A stretch of DNA of 64,000 nt from Chrysomallon squamiferum (Eukaryota > Animalia > Mollusca), in the NCBI GenBank assembly GCA_012295275.1, contig CM022671.1, positions 28,644,001-28,708,000 on the forward strand. Reading direction: 5' to 3'. Every line of letters begins with the position of its first letter. The first letter of the stretch is position 1. The position numbers and the translations under genes were made by a program. Under the pieces are notes generated by a model, which saw nothing but the letters and a program-made list of their open reading frames with translations, made no database searches and was not told the DNA's origin. Positions 31,577-45,057 of the stretch are shown piece after piece.

Positions 31577-34500
31577 ATGGGTAATAGTTCACTAATTTTT
31601 CTACTTCTAACTATGATCTTGTCTATAAATGTAAACGGACTGAGAGATATTGAGAAATTAAATTCAGTTTTTGCAACATTTAAAAGTAAACATGCAAATA
31701 TTATTTTTCTACAGGAAACATTTTGGGATAATGACTTCATTGAGAGATATAAACATTTATGGGAAGGAAATATATTTTATAATAATTGTCCAAATAAAAA
31801 AAAGGGTGTAGCAATACTGGTATCAAAAGAATGTCCTTATAAGTTTACATTTAATAGTTGCGACACTGAAGGCAGGATTTTAAAAATTAATACGAAAAAT
31901 AGATGAAGAAGAATACAGTTTTATAAATGTATATGCACCAAATAATATTGAAGAAAGAATTTTATTTTTTAAAGGATTATGTAAATTTGTGGATTTAAAA
32001 AATACAATAATGGCAGGAGATTTTAATGACATTTTAGATCCTAATTTAGATTTGGGCATTAATAATAAAACTTTCAATATAAAAAGTAGTAATGAATTAC
32101 AGTCAGTTATTTTTAATTATAATTTAGTTGATATTTGGCGACACAGAAATCCAGATAAAAGGCAATTTACTAGATCTCAAATAGTTGAAAAAAACTATAA
32201 AACAGTAAAGAATTGATTTATTCTTAATTTCTAGAAATTTATTGCAGTTTATAAGTAATGTATACATATCCTATACCTCGGTTAGTGATCACAATTTTTT
32301 ATCACTTAAAATAGATTTTTCTCATGTAGAGAGGTCAAGGTATTTGGATCTTTAATAATGAATTGTTGAAAGATGAAAGTTTTTGTAAAGCTATTATTGA
32401 AGTTATTAATAATGCTTCTGAGTGTCCTTTGTTACAGACTGAACCTAGTGTTTGGTGGGACAACTTAAAATATAAAATGAAAACGTGCAAGAAATTTTGC
32501 AATAAAAAGAAAAAAATCAGATAACGAAAAATATTATAATATACAAAATGCTTTGAAAAGAGAATATGCTAAACTAGCTGTAAATAATCATCATGATTTG
32601 AGTAACATACAAATTTTAGAAGAAAAATTAAAATTAATTGAGAGATCTAAATGTAATGGTGCTATTTTGAGATCTAAAGCTCATTGGAATCTAGATATGG
32701 ATAGAAATACCACATTTTTTCTCAGTTTAGAAAAATCAAAACAAGAATCAAATTCTATTAAAGAGCTAAAAACAGTAAATGGATTAACAAGAAAAACAGA
32801 AGATATATTACAATATGCTTATGACTTTTATTCAAAATTATTTACACAAGAAAATGTAGATATTATTAAACAGGAAGAAATAATAAATTTAATATCAAAT
32901 AAACTAAAAGAATCTGAAAGTGAAAACTGTGAGAAAGACATTACAATTGAAGAATTAACTGAAGCTTTAAAAGAAATGAATAGAAATAAATCACCTGGTC
33001 TGGATGGTCTAACAGTAGAATTTTATGTTAAATTCTGGGAAAATTTTAAAAATTTCTTTCATAAAGTAGTTATGTCAATTCAGAAAAAGAAGAAATGTTG
33101 TCACGCAGTATGAAAAAAGGAGTAATTAGTTTATTTTACAAGAAAAAAGGAGATAAAGCAGACCTAAAAAATTTCAGACCTATCAGCCTTTTAAATGTAG
33201 ATTATAAAATTATTGCTAAAGTTCTTGCAAATCGTCTTAAACAAGTAATGTCAACTATTATTTCATCAGAACAAACCTGTTGTGTAAAAGGAAGAGATAT
33301 TGCTGACAATATTATGTCAGTAAGAGATATTATAGATATTGTCGAGTTAAATAATACAGAAGGGTATATAGTTAAAATAGATCAAGAGAAAGCATTTGAT
33401 AGAGTATCACATAGTTTTATTTTAAAAGTTTTGAAAAAAAATTCAATTTTGGTGATAATTTTATAAAGTGGATTAAAATACTATATAATAATATTAAAAG
33501 TTGTGTAAAAATTAATGGACATTTAACACCTTTTTTTAATATTACAAGAGGGGTTAGACAAGGATGTCCAATATCAATGATGCTTTATGTTATTGTAGCT
33601 GAACCCTTAAATAATTTAATTAAAAAAAGACATAGCATGAATGGAATTAAGATAACAAATGAACTTAATTCTTTATTATTTCAGCATGCAGATGATACTA
33701 CAGTAACTGTCTGTGATGCTCAGTCAGTAGAAAATGTTTTTAATACAATAAATATGTATTGTAGTGCTACAGGGGCAAAAGTCAATGTAGATAAGTCAGA
33801 AGTACTTTATCTTGGTAAAACCATGATTGAAAACTTATCCTTTAACATTCCAATATCAATAAATAAAAACTATGTTAAAATTCTAGGTATATATTTAGGA
33901 CCAAATAAACTATTATGTGAAACTTTGAACTGGAAAAATAAATTAGCTAAAATGTCTAATCTAATTAACTTATGGAGTCAAAGGAAACTTACTTTGCACG
34001 GAAAAGCTGAAGTATGGAATACTTTATTAACATCTAGACTGTGGTATATCATTAGCACAATAAATGTACCAAATTGGGTAGAAAATGAAATTCATAAATT
34101 ATTTTGTAAATTTATGTGGGAAGGGAAAACATCTTTAATAAAATATTCAACAATAATTGGAAATAAAATGTCGGGTGGACTAAATATTCAAGATATTTCA
34201 TTAAAGAAAATGGCTTTTCGAATAAAAATGTTAAAGAAATATTTTGATAATAATTTTAAAAATGTGTGGAAATATACAATGTCAATATTTCTTGAAAAAT
34301 ATATGAATATGAATCTAAATTATGACATTTTTAAAATAGTATACAGTAAAGAAGCTTTAAAAGTTATTAATCCTTTTTATGCTGAAATATTATCAGCTTG
34401 GGACTATGTTAATAATGGAGAACGTAATTTCCCACTTGATACAGATGAAATATTGTCTCAGCCACTTTTTCAAAATCCATTCATTAAATATAAAAACAAA

Positions 34501-35463
34501 TTATTATTATTTAGTTCTTTTATAAAAAGTGGAATAGTCAAAGTGGCTGATATTGCTTATGAAGTAATACCAGGTTTTCTTCCTTTTACAGCTATTGTAG
34601 AAATTATTCATGAAAAATCTCCAGAATTATCCAAAACCAAATTTATATAGCTTACAATGTTATTAAGAAATCACTTCCAGATGAATGGAAAAGTGCTATT
34701 AACAGAAATGCTAAAAAAATTAACTTCTAATAAAGATTTATTTTTTGTTTCAGAATAATGAAATGATAAATGTCAATAAATTTACAGCTAAAATAATTTA
34801 TTCTATTTTAATTTTAAAAAACTTTAAAGCACCAACTTGTGAAGAAAAATGGAATGAGCTTGGTTTTAATATATTCTGGAGACCAGTTTGGAAATGGATA
34901 CACTATAGTGATAAATTTACTGAATTTATAGACTTAGATTTTAGAATAGTTCATCATATAATATATACATATAACAAATTATATAAATATGGCAAAAAAT
35001 CTCATCTAGTGTATGTCCAGTGTGTTTGAAGGCTGATGAAGATTTGTGCCATTTATTTTTGTATTGTGAAGAATTGAAGGAATTAATATCAATCTTTCAT
35101 GAAATATGTATTTATATATTTAAGAAAACAGGGTTTTCTCTAGAACAATTAAAAAGATTATTAATATTTGGATGTTATCTCAAAATTGAAAATAGTACAA
35201 TAGAATTTATTAATATTATTCTTTCAATTTATAGAATAACAGTGTTCAAAAGGCGTGTAATAGCTCAAATGAAAGGAACAAATATCAATATAATACATTT
35301 TTTTAGAAATTATATGTATCAGTGCTTTAAAATCATTCTAAATCAATATCGTATTCAAAACAAACTTTCAATTTTTATTAACAAATATGTTAAGAACAAT
35401 ATTTTCCTAGAACTAAAAGATGACATACTTATTTTCAAATATCCTTTGGAAAGCTACAAATAA
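31577..35463 (+). CDS. Tx1 ORF2: APE endonuclease, reverse transcriptase and C-terminal Cys/His motif (several frameshifts)
   Basis: SINVNG, FLQET, NVYAP, AGDFN, RIDL, SDH; KSPGLDG, RPISLLNVDYK, DQEKAFDRV, RQGCP, HADD; CPVC...EDLCHLFLYC. Confidence 0.92.
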
Positions 35464-35688
35464 TCAATACAGATAAATCATGGAAATGGATAAAAGAATT
35501 AATACTATAAAATACTGTAAATATATATGAATATTCCGAATAAATAAGTATGCATGCATGTGAGTGTGAATGAGTGTGACTGAGTGTGTGAGAGGAAACA
35601 GTTTTTATTATTGTTATTTACAGCTGTAATGTTATTTTAATTGTGTACAACTGGTGATTATACTAATAAAGATAAAAAAAAAAAAAAA

Positions 35689-35740
35689 TCACGTCTGCTT
35701 CACACGCAGAAGGTCGCGAGTTCGAGCCTCGCCGGAACCT
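35689..35740 (+). pseudogene. 3' part of tRNA-Val(CAC) (nt 22-73), in the downstream copy of the target duplication
   Basis: TCACGTCTGCTTCACACG...GGAACCT begins immediately after the poly(A). Confidence 0.9.
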
Positions 35741-36932
35741 TGATTTTTTTTTCTTCTAATTTTTCTATATATTTATTAAGGTTATGCAGATATTATGTTT
35801 TTGACTGCAATTATTAGTGTATTAACAAATAATAAATGGTTTTGAATGAATGAATGAAATAGTTATTTATTTATTTATGATCACCACTACACCAATGAAA
35901 CCGATGAATACGAATACACTGTCATACAAAGAGACAGATTAGACCAAAAAAAAAAAATGAAAAAATAGATACCAAAAAAAATAAAAATAATAATAATAAA
36001 AAAAAATAAAAAAAAAAAAAAATAAAAAGTTCAAGCCTCACCGGAACCTTCACTTCTGTTAATATTTTTTTTAGGTGGTATAATTATGTTTGTAGCACTA
36101 ACTGTTTCCAGTTAATATCAGTTTTAAAACTTCGCAGAATAGATGCGTTTCGCATTTCTATTGCGCATGCGCGCGAAGAGTGACGTCCCTTGACAAACAG
36201 GACTGAAACTAGTCAATTTACAAATTGAGGGGCGTGACAGGCAAGTTGTTATGGGCGACATGAGTAGGAGCCTTTAAACTTTGGCAACTAACATGTACGC
36301 ATAGTGAATTAGATGGTATAATGGCCGTAGAAAACGGCCCGCTGAAATTTACAGCGAAATGGTTCAAATTAAAAAGCGGCGAAACAATTTGAACACAGTA
36401 GGGTTATGACAACGCCAGATTAAAAGACTATTTCGTAAAAAGTACAAACAAAACCATAGGCAGGTGTTCCATACAACTGTTTAAAAGTTTGAAAAGTTAA
36501 AAATATTTCTCGGATGGATATATATATATATATATAATTTGTTTACTGGAAATTTATGCATGCATAAATATTGTATAAATACCCCCCCATGTCAAAATCA
36601 GGGCGCAGGTGTGTGTCTCGGTATAGTGAGTATGTATGCATATCTACATATATACATATACATGTACATGTAATTTTTTTCTGTATGTATGTATAGATAA
36701 GCATAATATTAATAGACATAAATGCTGTTATCCGGCCTGTTATCCTGTTATAAAAATGGAAGCCATGTGCTTATGTACAACTGAAAAACCACATTTCAAA
36801 ACAATGTTTTTTGTTTAATAGATGTTCTATATTCCCTAACAGCTCTCTTTAGTGTTTGTTTATACTGATCCTCTTTGTACTTCAAGTCAGCCTTCAGTAT
36901 GCTTACACCATATTGTTTACATCTTCTTCTTC

Positions 36933-36974
<42 letters not shown>

Positions 36975-38028
36975 TTTGCAAGCAGTGTTAGCTTGTACTG
37001 AATAATTAACTTTCGGAATATTAATTACATAGTAGAGTTGTTGTTCTTTTTTTCGTCTTCTTCTTCTCCTTTATACATTTATACATATATATATATATAT
37101 ATGTGAGATATATTCTCTATGACTGTCCAGTGGTGTCTGGAATATGTTGAGTATGTTGGTGACAAATGGAATTGTACAAATCGCATAGTGTGAATTTACC
37201 TTAAGCAGAAGTATATATAAAACAATAACTAAATAAATATCATGAAAATAAAAGGCATTTTTGAAGTCAGAATTACGTCACTCGCCTTATTAAAACAATA
37301 TATGCATGTAGAGATGATATCAATAGTACTATAAATATTTTTAACATGCGTTGACAATTTTATGAAATTTTTATTATTTATTTTTAATTTTTATTTGTTT
37401 TATTTTTATTTATTATTATTATTATTTTTTTGTTTTGAAAATGAAATTAAAAAAACAAACAAAAAAAATTCATAAAAGCACAGCTTGTGGAGATGCTGAT
37501 GTTATCTCTATCAGTTATTACAGCACACGTTCAATGTTAGAAACAATGTTTGACACATTCCACTCCACTGATGTATATAATATGAATATTTATATCATGC
37601 ACGTCTCTCTGAATATTATTTATTCATTCATTCATTAATTTCGTTTATTTGTTTATCATAATGTTTGTTTATTTATTTATTTTATTTCATTTCATTTCAT
37701 TTTACTTTATTTTATTTTATTTTATTTTATTTCATTTATATTATTTTACTTTATTTTATTAATTTCTCATACTGTGAACATATCTGCATGGGGTGCATTA
37801 ACAATATTTGTGCATTAATATGTTTCCAGTAAACAAATTATATATATATCCATCCGAGAAATATTTATAAATTTTCTACAACATATCTATACTTCCAACA
37901 GCACATATCTTTTAAATATTTTATTACCTTCAAAAACATAACAGATTAAGATAAAAACTGTTTCTTCTTTAATTATATTTGAGAAAAAAAAAAAAAAAAG
38001 AAGTAACAAAATGAAAATGGGGATTAAT

Positions 38029-39172
38029 TCAAAGTGGTTCCCAGCCACAGACGGAAGAACAAGGTGTGCCGTCTCCACCAATACATTTTCCCAGTCTGCA
38101 GTTGAAGTTGGTGTAGCAGTGCTGACCCTTTTTGACGGTCAAGCCACACACGTAGCAGATACACGACTCAGCAAGACACTGGAAGTGATCAGAACATGGC
38201 TCCCCGTCCTCCTTTCTGAAATCACACGTACTAAGTAACCCGTGCTTCCAGCAGTAGCCCTCTGTGCCAAAAACAACGTAGCGTTAAAACAGTACTTGTG
38301 TGGTCATTATGTCTACGGTCACGTGATGAAAACTGTTATCACGTGACGGTAACAGAAGATTGCATGACTAGCTAGATTGCAAAAGAAAATATGATTACGT
38401 GATTAACTAGATTACAAAATAAAATATGATTAATCATATTACAAAATAAACTATGATTAACTAGATTACAAAAAACCCCTTTGATTAACCAGATTACAAA
38501 TTATGATAATATGACTAGTCAAGATTATAAAATAAACTTCTATGATTACATGATTAACCACATTACAAAAGAAACTATTATTAATTACATTACAGAAAAA
38601 ATAATAATTACATGATTAACGAAATTACTAAAGAATCTATGATTACATGATTAACTTGAATACAAAAGAAACTTTGATTACATAATAAAGTAGATTGAAA
38701 CGAAACTGATTTCACGATTAATCGAACTGAAAAAGAGACCACAGTCAAATACGTATCTAAGTGACAACACAGACCATCAAAGTGACGAGAGATTCTATAA
38801 TTAGTGTAAGTCAGTTAACACGTGTCACTGTGTTAAACAGTGATACCACGACGAGGAATTCATGGAAATGTATATGCATATGTTTACTATCGAATTGTGA
38901 GGTTTTGTGAAGATTTGCATTAACCATAACAAATCAACAAATAAACAACAGCAGCAGCACCAGCAGCAACAACAACAACAACAATAATAATAGTAACTGC
39001 AACAACAATAATGAAATCGTAACAATAATGGCAACAATAGTAATAACAGTAGTAATAAATGTTTCTCACTGTTTCCACAGTCAGAGTGCTTTTTACAAGG
39101 GATCCCAAAACCCACAGCTTGCTGAACAGTCAACATAAGGAGAGTCACAGTTGTATAAAACATTTTCATCAT
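38029..39172 (-). CDS. Small secreted cysteine-rich protein, 111 aa, 14 Cys; coding exons 39070-39172 and 38029-38261
   Basis: A phase-1 GT-AG intron joins MMKMFYTTVTLLMLTVQQAVGFGIPCKKHSDCGN to KGYCWKHGLLSTCDFRKEDGEPCSDHFQCLAESCICYVCGLTVKKGQHCYTNFNCRLGKCIGGDGTPCSSVCGWEPL*. An acceptor at 39175-39177 and a donor near 39362 suggest a 5'UTR exon. Confidence 0.8.
38360..38730. repeat. Degenerate ~30-40 bp tandem repeat (gattaactagattacaaaa..tat) in the Cys-rich gene intron
   Basis: Visible recurrence of gattac/gattaa units. Confidence 0.7.
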
Positions 39173-39200
39173 GTCTGAAAAAAACATAAAATAATAATAA

Positions 39201-39337
<137 letters not shown>

Positions 39338-41177
39338 TGCCATTTTAAATGCAGTTAATTACCTGACATGCAGAAATATTACATATAGCATAAATATATC
39401 TACAAGCACAAATAAAACAAGAATGCAAATACTCGTTGTCGTTATTGTTGAACAATCTTCACACACAATACGCGCACACACACACACACACAGAGATATA
39501 AACACAAATACATACACAAAAATAATCTAAAAATGACTGTCAACGTACACAGATGTGTGACACCTCGATATCCCAGCTGATGTGATGTTTTCTGATTTAC
39601 GAAAATGCATTCTAAATTATAGCAACCAATAACACTGCAGCTTCTAAACATACACATATGGATTATGATAATATCAACAAAAACAATAATGAAAGGGGCG
39701 AAGTAGTGTCTATAAAATTATCAAAACTTTATAATGTAACATTGTAATTTTAATAATATGAAATATTTAACGTATTCACTGTTTTAATACTAAATATACA
39801 TACATACATACATATATACATACAAATATACATACATACATATATACATGCATATATACATACATATGTACACAGATAGGGAAATATAATATATTATTCG
39901 ACTGTACAGACATACAAATACATTATATGAATTTGACTGAAGTTTAGTGCATATTAATTTTAGTAATAATAATAATCATAAGTGCATGTGGTTTTTCAGT
40001 TAATATTAACTTGACTACAAAAACAACTGTAAAATATCGATATTAAAATGGATATAAAAAAGTGGTTGTAACAACCATGCGCTATTCGTAGCATTTGAAA
40101 TACAAACTGGGTCCGGAATGCGTTAAAATCCTTCTGTTAAACACAATAAATAAACGTTTGTCTGTTATCTATAATGTCCATATACTGCTATTACTAGGTA
40201 CTGCCTTTAATACATAGTGTTATTACTAGATACTAGTATAACTATAGTCCACTATTACTACATATTGCAAGTACTATATACCGCTATTAATATAGACTAT
40301 TATTACTACATACTACCATTACTACATATTGCAAGTACTATATACCGCTATTAATATACGTACTCCTAAAACTGTACTCTACATACTGCTATTCGTACGT
40401 ATTATTATTACCACTATAACTAAATACTAATATAACTATGTATTGCTAATACTGAATTCTACATACTGCTATTAATACGTATTATTAATACTACATACTA
40501 GTATAACTACAATCTACTATAACTACATACCACAATAACTACATTCTACATACTGCTATTGATACGTATTATTATTACTACATACTCCTTCAACTACATA
40601 CTACTGTTATTATATACTGCTAATACTACATTCTACATATTACTAATACTACATTCTACATACTACTAATACTACATTCTACATATTACTATCAATACGT
40701 AATAGTATTACTACATACTCCTACAACTACATACTACTGTTATTATATACTGCTAATACTACATTCTACATACTACTATTAATACGTATTATTATTACTA
40801 CATACTCCTATTACTACATACTACTATTATTACATACTACTAATGCTACATTCTACATATTACTGTTAATACGTATTATCGACATACTACATACTACTCT
40901 TATTATATACTGTTACAATTACATACTATCGTAACTACCTCCTGCTAAAACTACATTCTATATACTGCTATTAATACGTATAGCAAGTACTGCTGTTACT
41001 ACATAATACTTCTACTACATTATATTCTTTTGCATTTTGGCTGGATCTAGAAAGTATCTAGAATTTTGTCTCATAGAGACAAGAAAGAAAACCCGCTAAA
41101 GAAAAATAAGATAAATAATGTCAGAATAAAAAATAAAATCATAATTTTTTTTGTTAATAACACTTTTATTTTCTCAT

Positions 41178-41212
<35 letters not shown>

Positions 41213-41608
41213 TTTGTTATTATCTTCATCTTCCTTTTTTTTTTTTTTTTTTTTTTTTGCTCTCTTTGCCCTCCTAAGAGTTGAGTCGTTCGGCTGCATC
41301 CTTTGTACTGCATTCGGTTAAGACGACCTTAGACTTGAATCATTATAATACAAATATTTTCCTTTTTTTAAATCTTTTTTGTTTTGTTTTACGAGCTAGC
41401 ACACACAGTCTTCTAAGATGAACTATGGATGTAATTACCTGAACAAACACAGTAATAATAATGATAATGAACTTTGACGTGATTCAAACTAAACTTTGAT
41501 TATCTTTCAGCTTGCTTTTTCCGGGCCAGAACATTCGACTCGGTTCAGAATTCACTTCTGTTCGTGTCGCGCCTTTCGTAACCTGAGATAGTGAAACAGA
41601 CAAGCGTA

Positions 41609-42749
41609 ATGGAGATCTCGGGAAAAGTGTTTTTTATAACCGGGGGAGCCCATGGCATCGGGAAGGAGATGGCTGAAGCAGTCCTGAATAAGGGAGGAAA
41701 GGTAACTCTCATTAGCTTCTGTTGCCTTGAAGGGTTTTAAATATTCGTTCTTTTTGTTTAATATTTGTCGACTGTTGACTGAAGTGAAAATCTCTCGTCC
41801 TATAACAAGTTATCGTTATAGAAAAAAAAGAGGATGTTTTAAATACAGCAAATCCCAGATTAACGTGATTAATTCGTTGTGTAAAAAGGCTTTGCTAAGT
41901 GAACATAATAATAAGTATAGGACAAACGTTGTATTTGCTTTAAGAAAATAGGCCTACTTATTTTTTTTTTTTTTTTTTTTTTTTTATTATTATTTATTTA
42001 AATACTGCATTTATTTATTTCCCTATTTCCGTGAATGTATAAATAGTAGGCCCATAGTTTTCTCATTAACAAACATTCCCATGGTTCTCTTCCTTTAGAA
42101 ATGTTTTCGTGTCGACCTTGATTTTTTTACACCTCTCGGACAACATAAATTGTATTTAGCAAAGCAGAAAAGTCTTACAAATTGAACTGGACACATTTGT
42201 TTTATTAATAAACGTGCTAAAACTTCCTGAGCTCAATGCGTGGTCATGCATAGTCGTATAAACTATGAAAAGAACTCGGACTTTTTGCTGGAGATGGACG
42301 AACTTGTTCCAGATTCAGACCAGCGGTGGGTTGGTTATTCTCTTGATTTCGAGATTTTCCGAAATTGCATTAACGTACATTCGAAACTGCATTAATGATA
42401 CTCAGTAGTCTGCCCAGATTTTGTGAAAGGGATGGCGGGAATCGGCGTAACTGGTGTAAGTTGAACGAAGGGATGGTACAGAAAATGTTCAGGATACAAG
42501 TACTTTGAACAATGTTCAAATTACTTGTTTGTCATAAATACTTCTATAAATAATTGCATCAAATGCATCAACTACTTAAAAGTTTATTTTACTAACAGTT
42601 AAATAAAATCAATGTGTCTGTTTAATTTATTATGCAAAACGAAGTTCACTAAGTAAACGGGTGGCGGATATTGCTGCCGTTGCCGATTTATGGTGGGTGA
42701 CTTCAGATACTGTTAATAATTATTTGCATCTGACAAAATGGATATTACG

Positions 42750-42834
<85 letters not shown>

Positions 42835-43164
42835 TATTCTTTGTTGTATATTTAGGTATCTTTTAATATCCATCTATCCATCCATCCATCCATTTATCTC
42901 TCTTTTAGTGTTGTCTCACTGTCTGTCCATCTGTTTGCGCGTGAGTATGTGCGTGTGTGTGTGTGTGTTTGTGTGTATGCATGAGTATCATAATCCGATG
43001 TTGTTAATATGTTGACTGAAATTCAGTTGTTTCCAGGTGTTTCTGGCTGACGTCAATTCAGAAAAAGGCGAAGAGACAGTAAAAGCTTTCACAGAGAAAT
43101 ATGGCGCAGAGAAAGCCAAATTTGACGTCACAAATAAAGAACAATTTACAGGTAATTCAAAGTT

Positions 43165-43224
<60 letters not shown>

Positions 43225-45021
43225 TAATAATATTATTATTATTATTATAAATTATTGTTTTTGTTGGTATAGTCGTTGTTATGATTATTGTTATTATTCT
43301 TATTACTGTTTTTGTTGATATAGTCGTTGTTATGGTTATTGTTATTATTCTTATTACTGTTTTTGTTGATATAGTCGTTGTTATGGTTATTGTTATTATT
43401 CTTATTACCGCTGTCTTTGTTTACATTTTACATAGTCGTATTTCTTGGTCATATAATTTATATAAATTATTTATCGGTCTCTCTAACTCTAATCTTCTTC
43501 TTTACAATATTGAAAGTTATATTCGAAAATATGTCCTTAAATTATATATATAATTTATGGACAAATGTTTTGACTATTACTTTCAGTAGTATGTTATTTA
43601 TTCAAGCAACCTTTCAGTCGGCTGTGACAAATTTTGGACAGATAGATGTGATGGTGAATAACGCTGGAATTATGAAGGAAAACCTATGGGAAATTCAGAT
43701 ACAAATTAATTTAGTACGTATTTTAACGAGAACTATATAATTACGTTAACTGTCACAGTACGTATAATAACACTGAACGAACTGCCTTGTAATAACAAGC
43801 AATTACTTTCAACTCACTCTCTTTTCGTTAATATCATATGATATGGCGTAATCTTTGTTATTTTTCGAAATAGCAGATTTTAATTTTTGTAAATTAAGAC
43901 AACTAACTAAAACAGTCTCGTAAATTCTTCTCACGTAGTCTAAAATAAGTTATAAATTATACAGGTATATCAAGAATAACATTATTGTGTTTTTTTATTT
44001 TTTATTTGATCAGTTCTGACACTAAATTATTATTATACGTCTGTGCGTACCCCACTGTTCTTGTTAATGATTGTAATTTCAGAATGGAGTTATTCTGGGA
44101 ACTAACTTGGCATTAGAACATATGAACAGCGTAAAAGGAGGGAAGGGAGGTGTCATAATAAACATGTCTTCAGTTTTAGGTATCGTATTTTGTGTTTGGT
44201 TCACTAGCGGCAACTCTTCACGTTACATTTTAACAGCTACTTGTATAATATAGGTATGATTTTAATGTATACATACACACACACATATAAACATACGTAT
44301 ATAAATATATGTACATATGTTACGAGCGAGATTCAGTTACCCAGCCACTAATCGGCGCCACGAACAACACAACATCCACCCAGCATCCCGCGTCTCACTC
44401 GTTTGCTTCACGTGGTTACCTCGCCGTGGAAGCATCTTTGTTGTGTTCTGCTCGCGTTTTGTGCAGGATTTTGCCAAATTTCCATGGATCCTAAGAAAGT
44501 GAGTGCAAAGGACAGTGCTGAACAGAAGAAGAAATGGATGATGTCCATTGAATTAAAGCATGAAATCATAGAAAAACATGAGCGAGGTGTGCACGAATCC
44601 AACATGGCTAGGCAGTACGAGTGTAGTACTTTTACAATATTACCATACTGAAGCATAAGAATTCGATAAAGGCTATATCTACAGCCAAAGGCGTTAAAAT
44701 AATTTCTAAGCTATGGACCTCTGTCCGTGAAAAGATGGAAAAACCCTAACCCTGTACACTTTATAAAACCAATTTATTTTTTTACAATCTCTTTTATTTT
44801 TGTTTTTATTCAATATTTGTCATTTATACATACATTTTTCTTATTTAAAAACTCATTACAAAAAACTGGGGTGGTCTTTGGTGCGCTGGAACGGAATAAT
44901 GGTATTTCAGTTGGAAAAACTGATTTGATATACGAGCAAATTGAGTTACGGGCTCGGTCACGGAACGAATTAAACTCGTAAGTCAAGGCACCACTGTATA
45001 TTCCTTTATTATTTTCAAAAC

Positions 45022-45057
<36 letters not shown>

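Larger units (their letters stand above)
30316..35688 (+). mobile_element. Full-length Tx1/L1-clade non-LTR retrotransposon inserted in tRNA-Val(CAC)
   Basis: 5' end GACTTCCGG, ORF1, ORF2, 3'UTR, AATAAA at 35665-35670, A15 tail at 35674-35688; 89-bp direct repeat at 30227-30315 and 35689-35777. Confidence 0.95.

Noticed and set aside
31036-31740. 234-aa antisense ORF over Tx1 ORF1/ORF2
   Set aside because: Shadow of A-rich Lys/Glu codons; fragmented in the mirror copy and lacks any motif.
30316-35688. Integrase-type island with att sites in a tRNA gene
   Set aside because: No integrase; APE plus RT, poly(A) tail and 5' truncations indicate target-primed reverse transcription.
38751-38794. 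Possible extra exon in the Cys-rich gene intron (tag|aatctc...gatac|gt, minus strand)
   Set aside because: It introduces a stop in the required phase; the two-exon model is already in frame.
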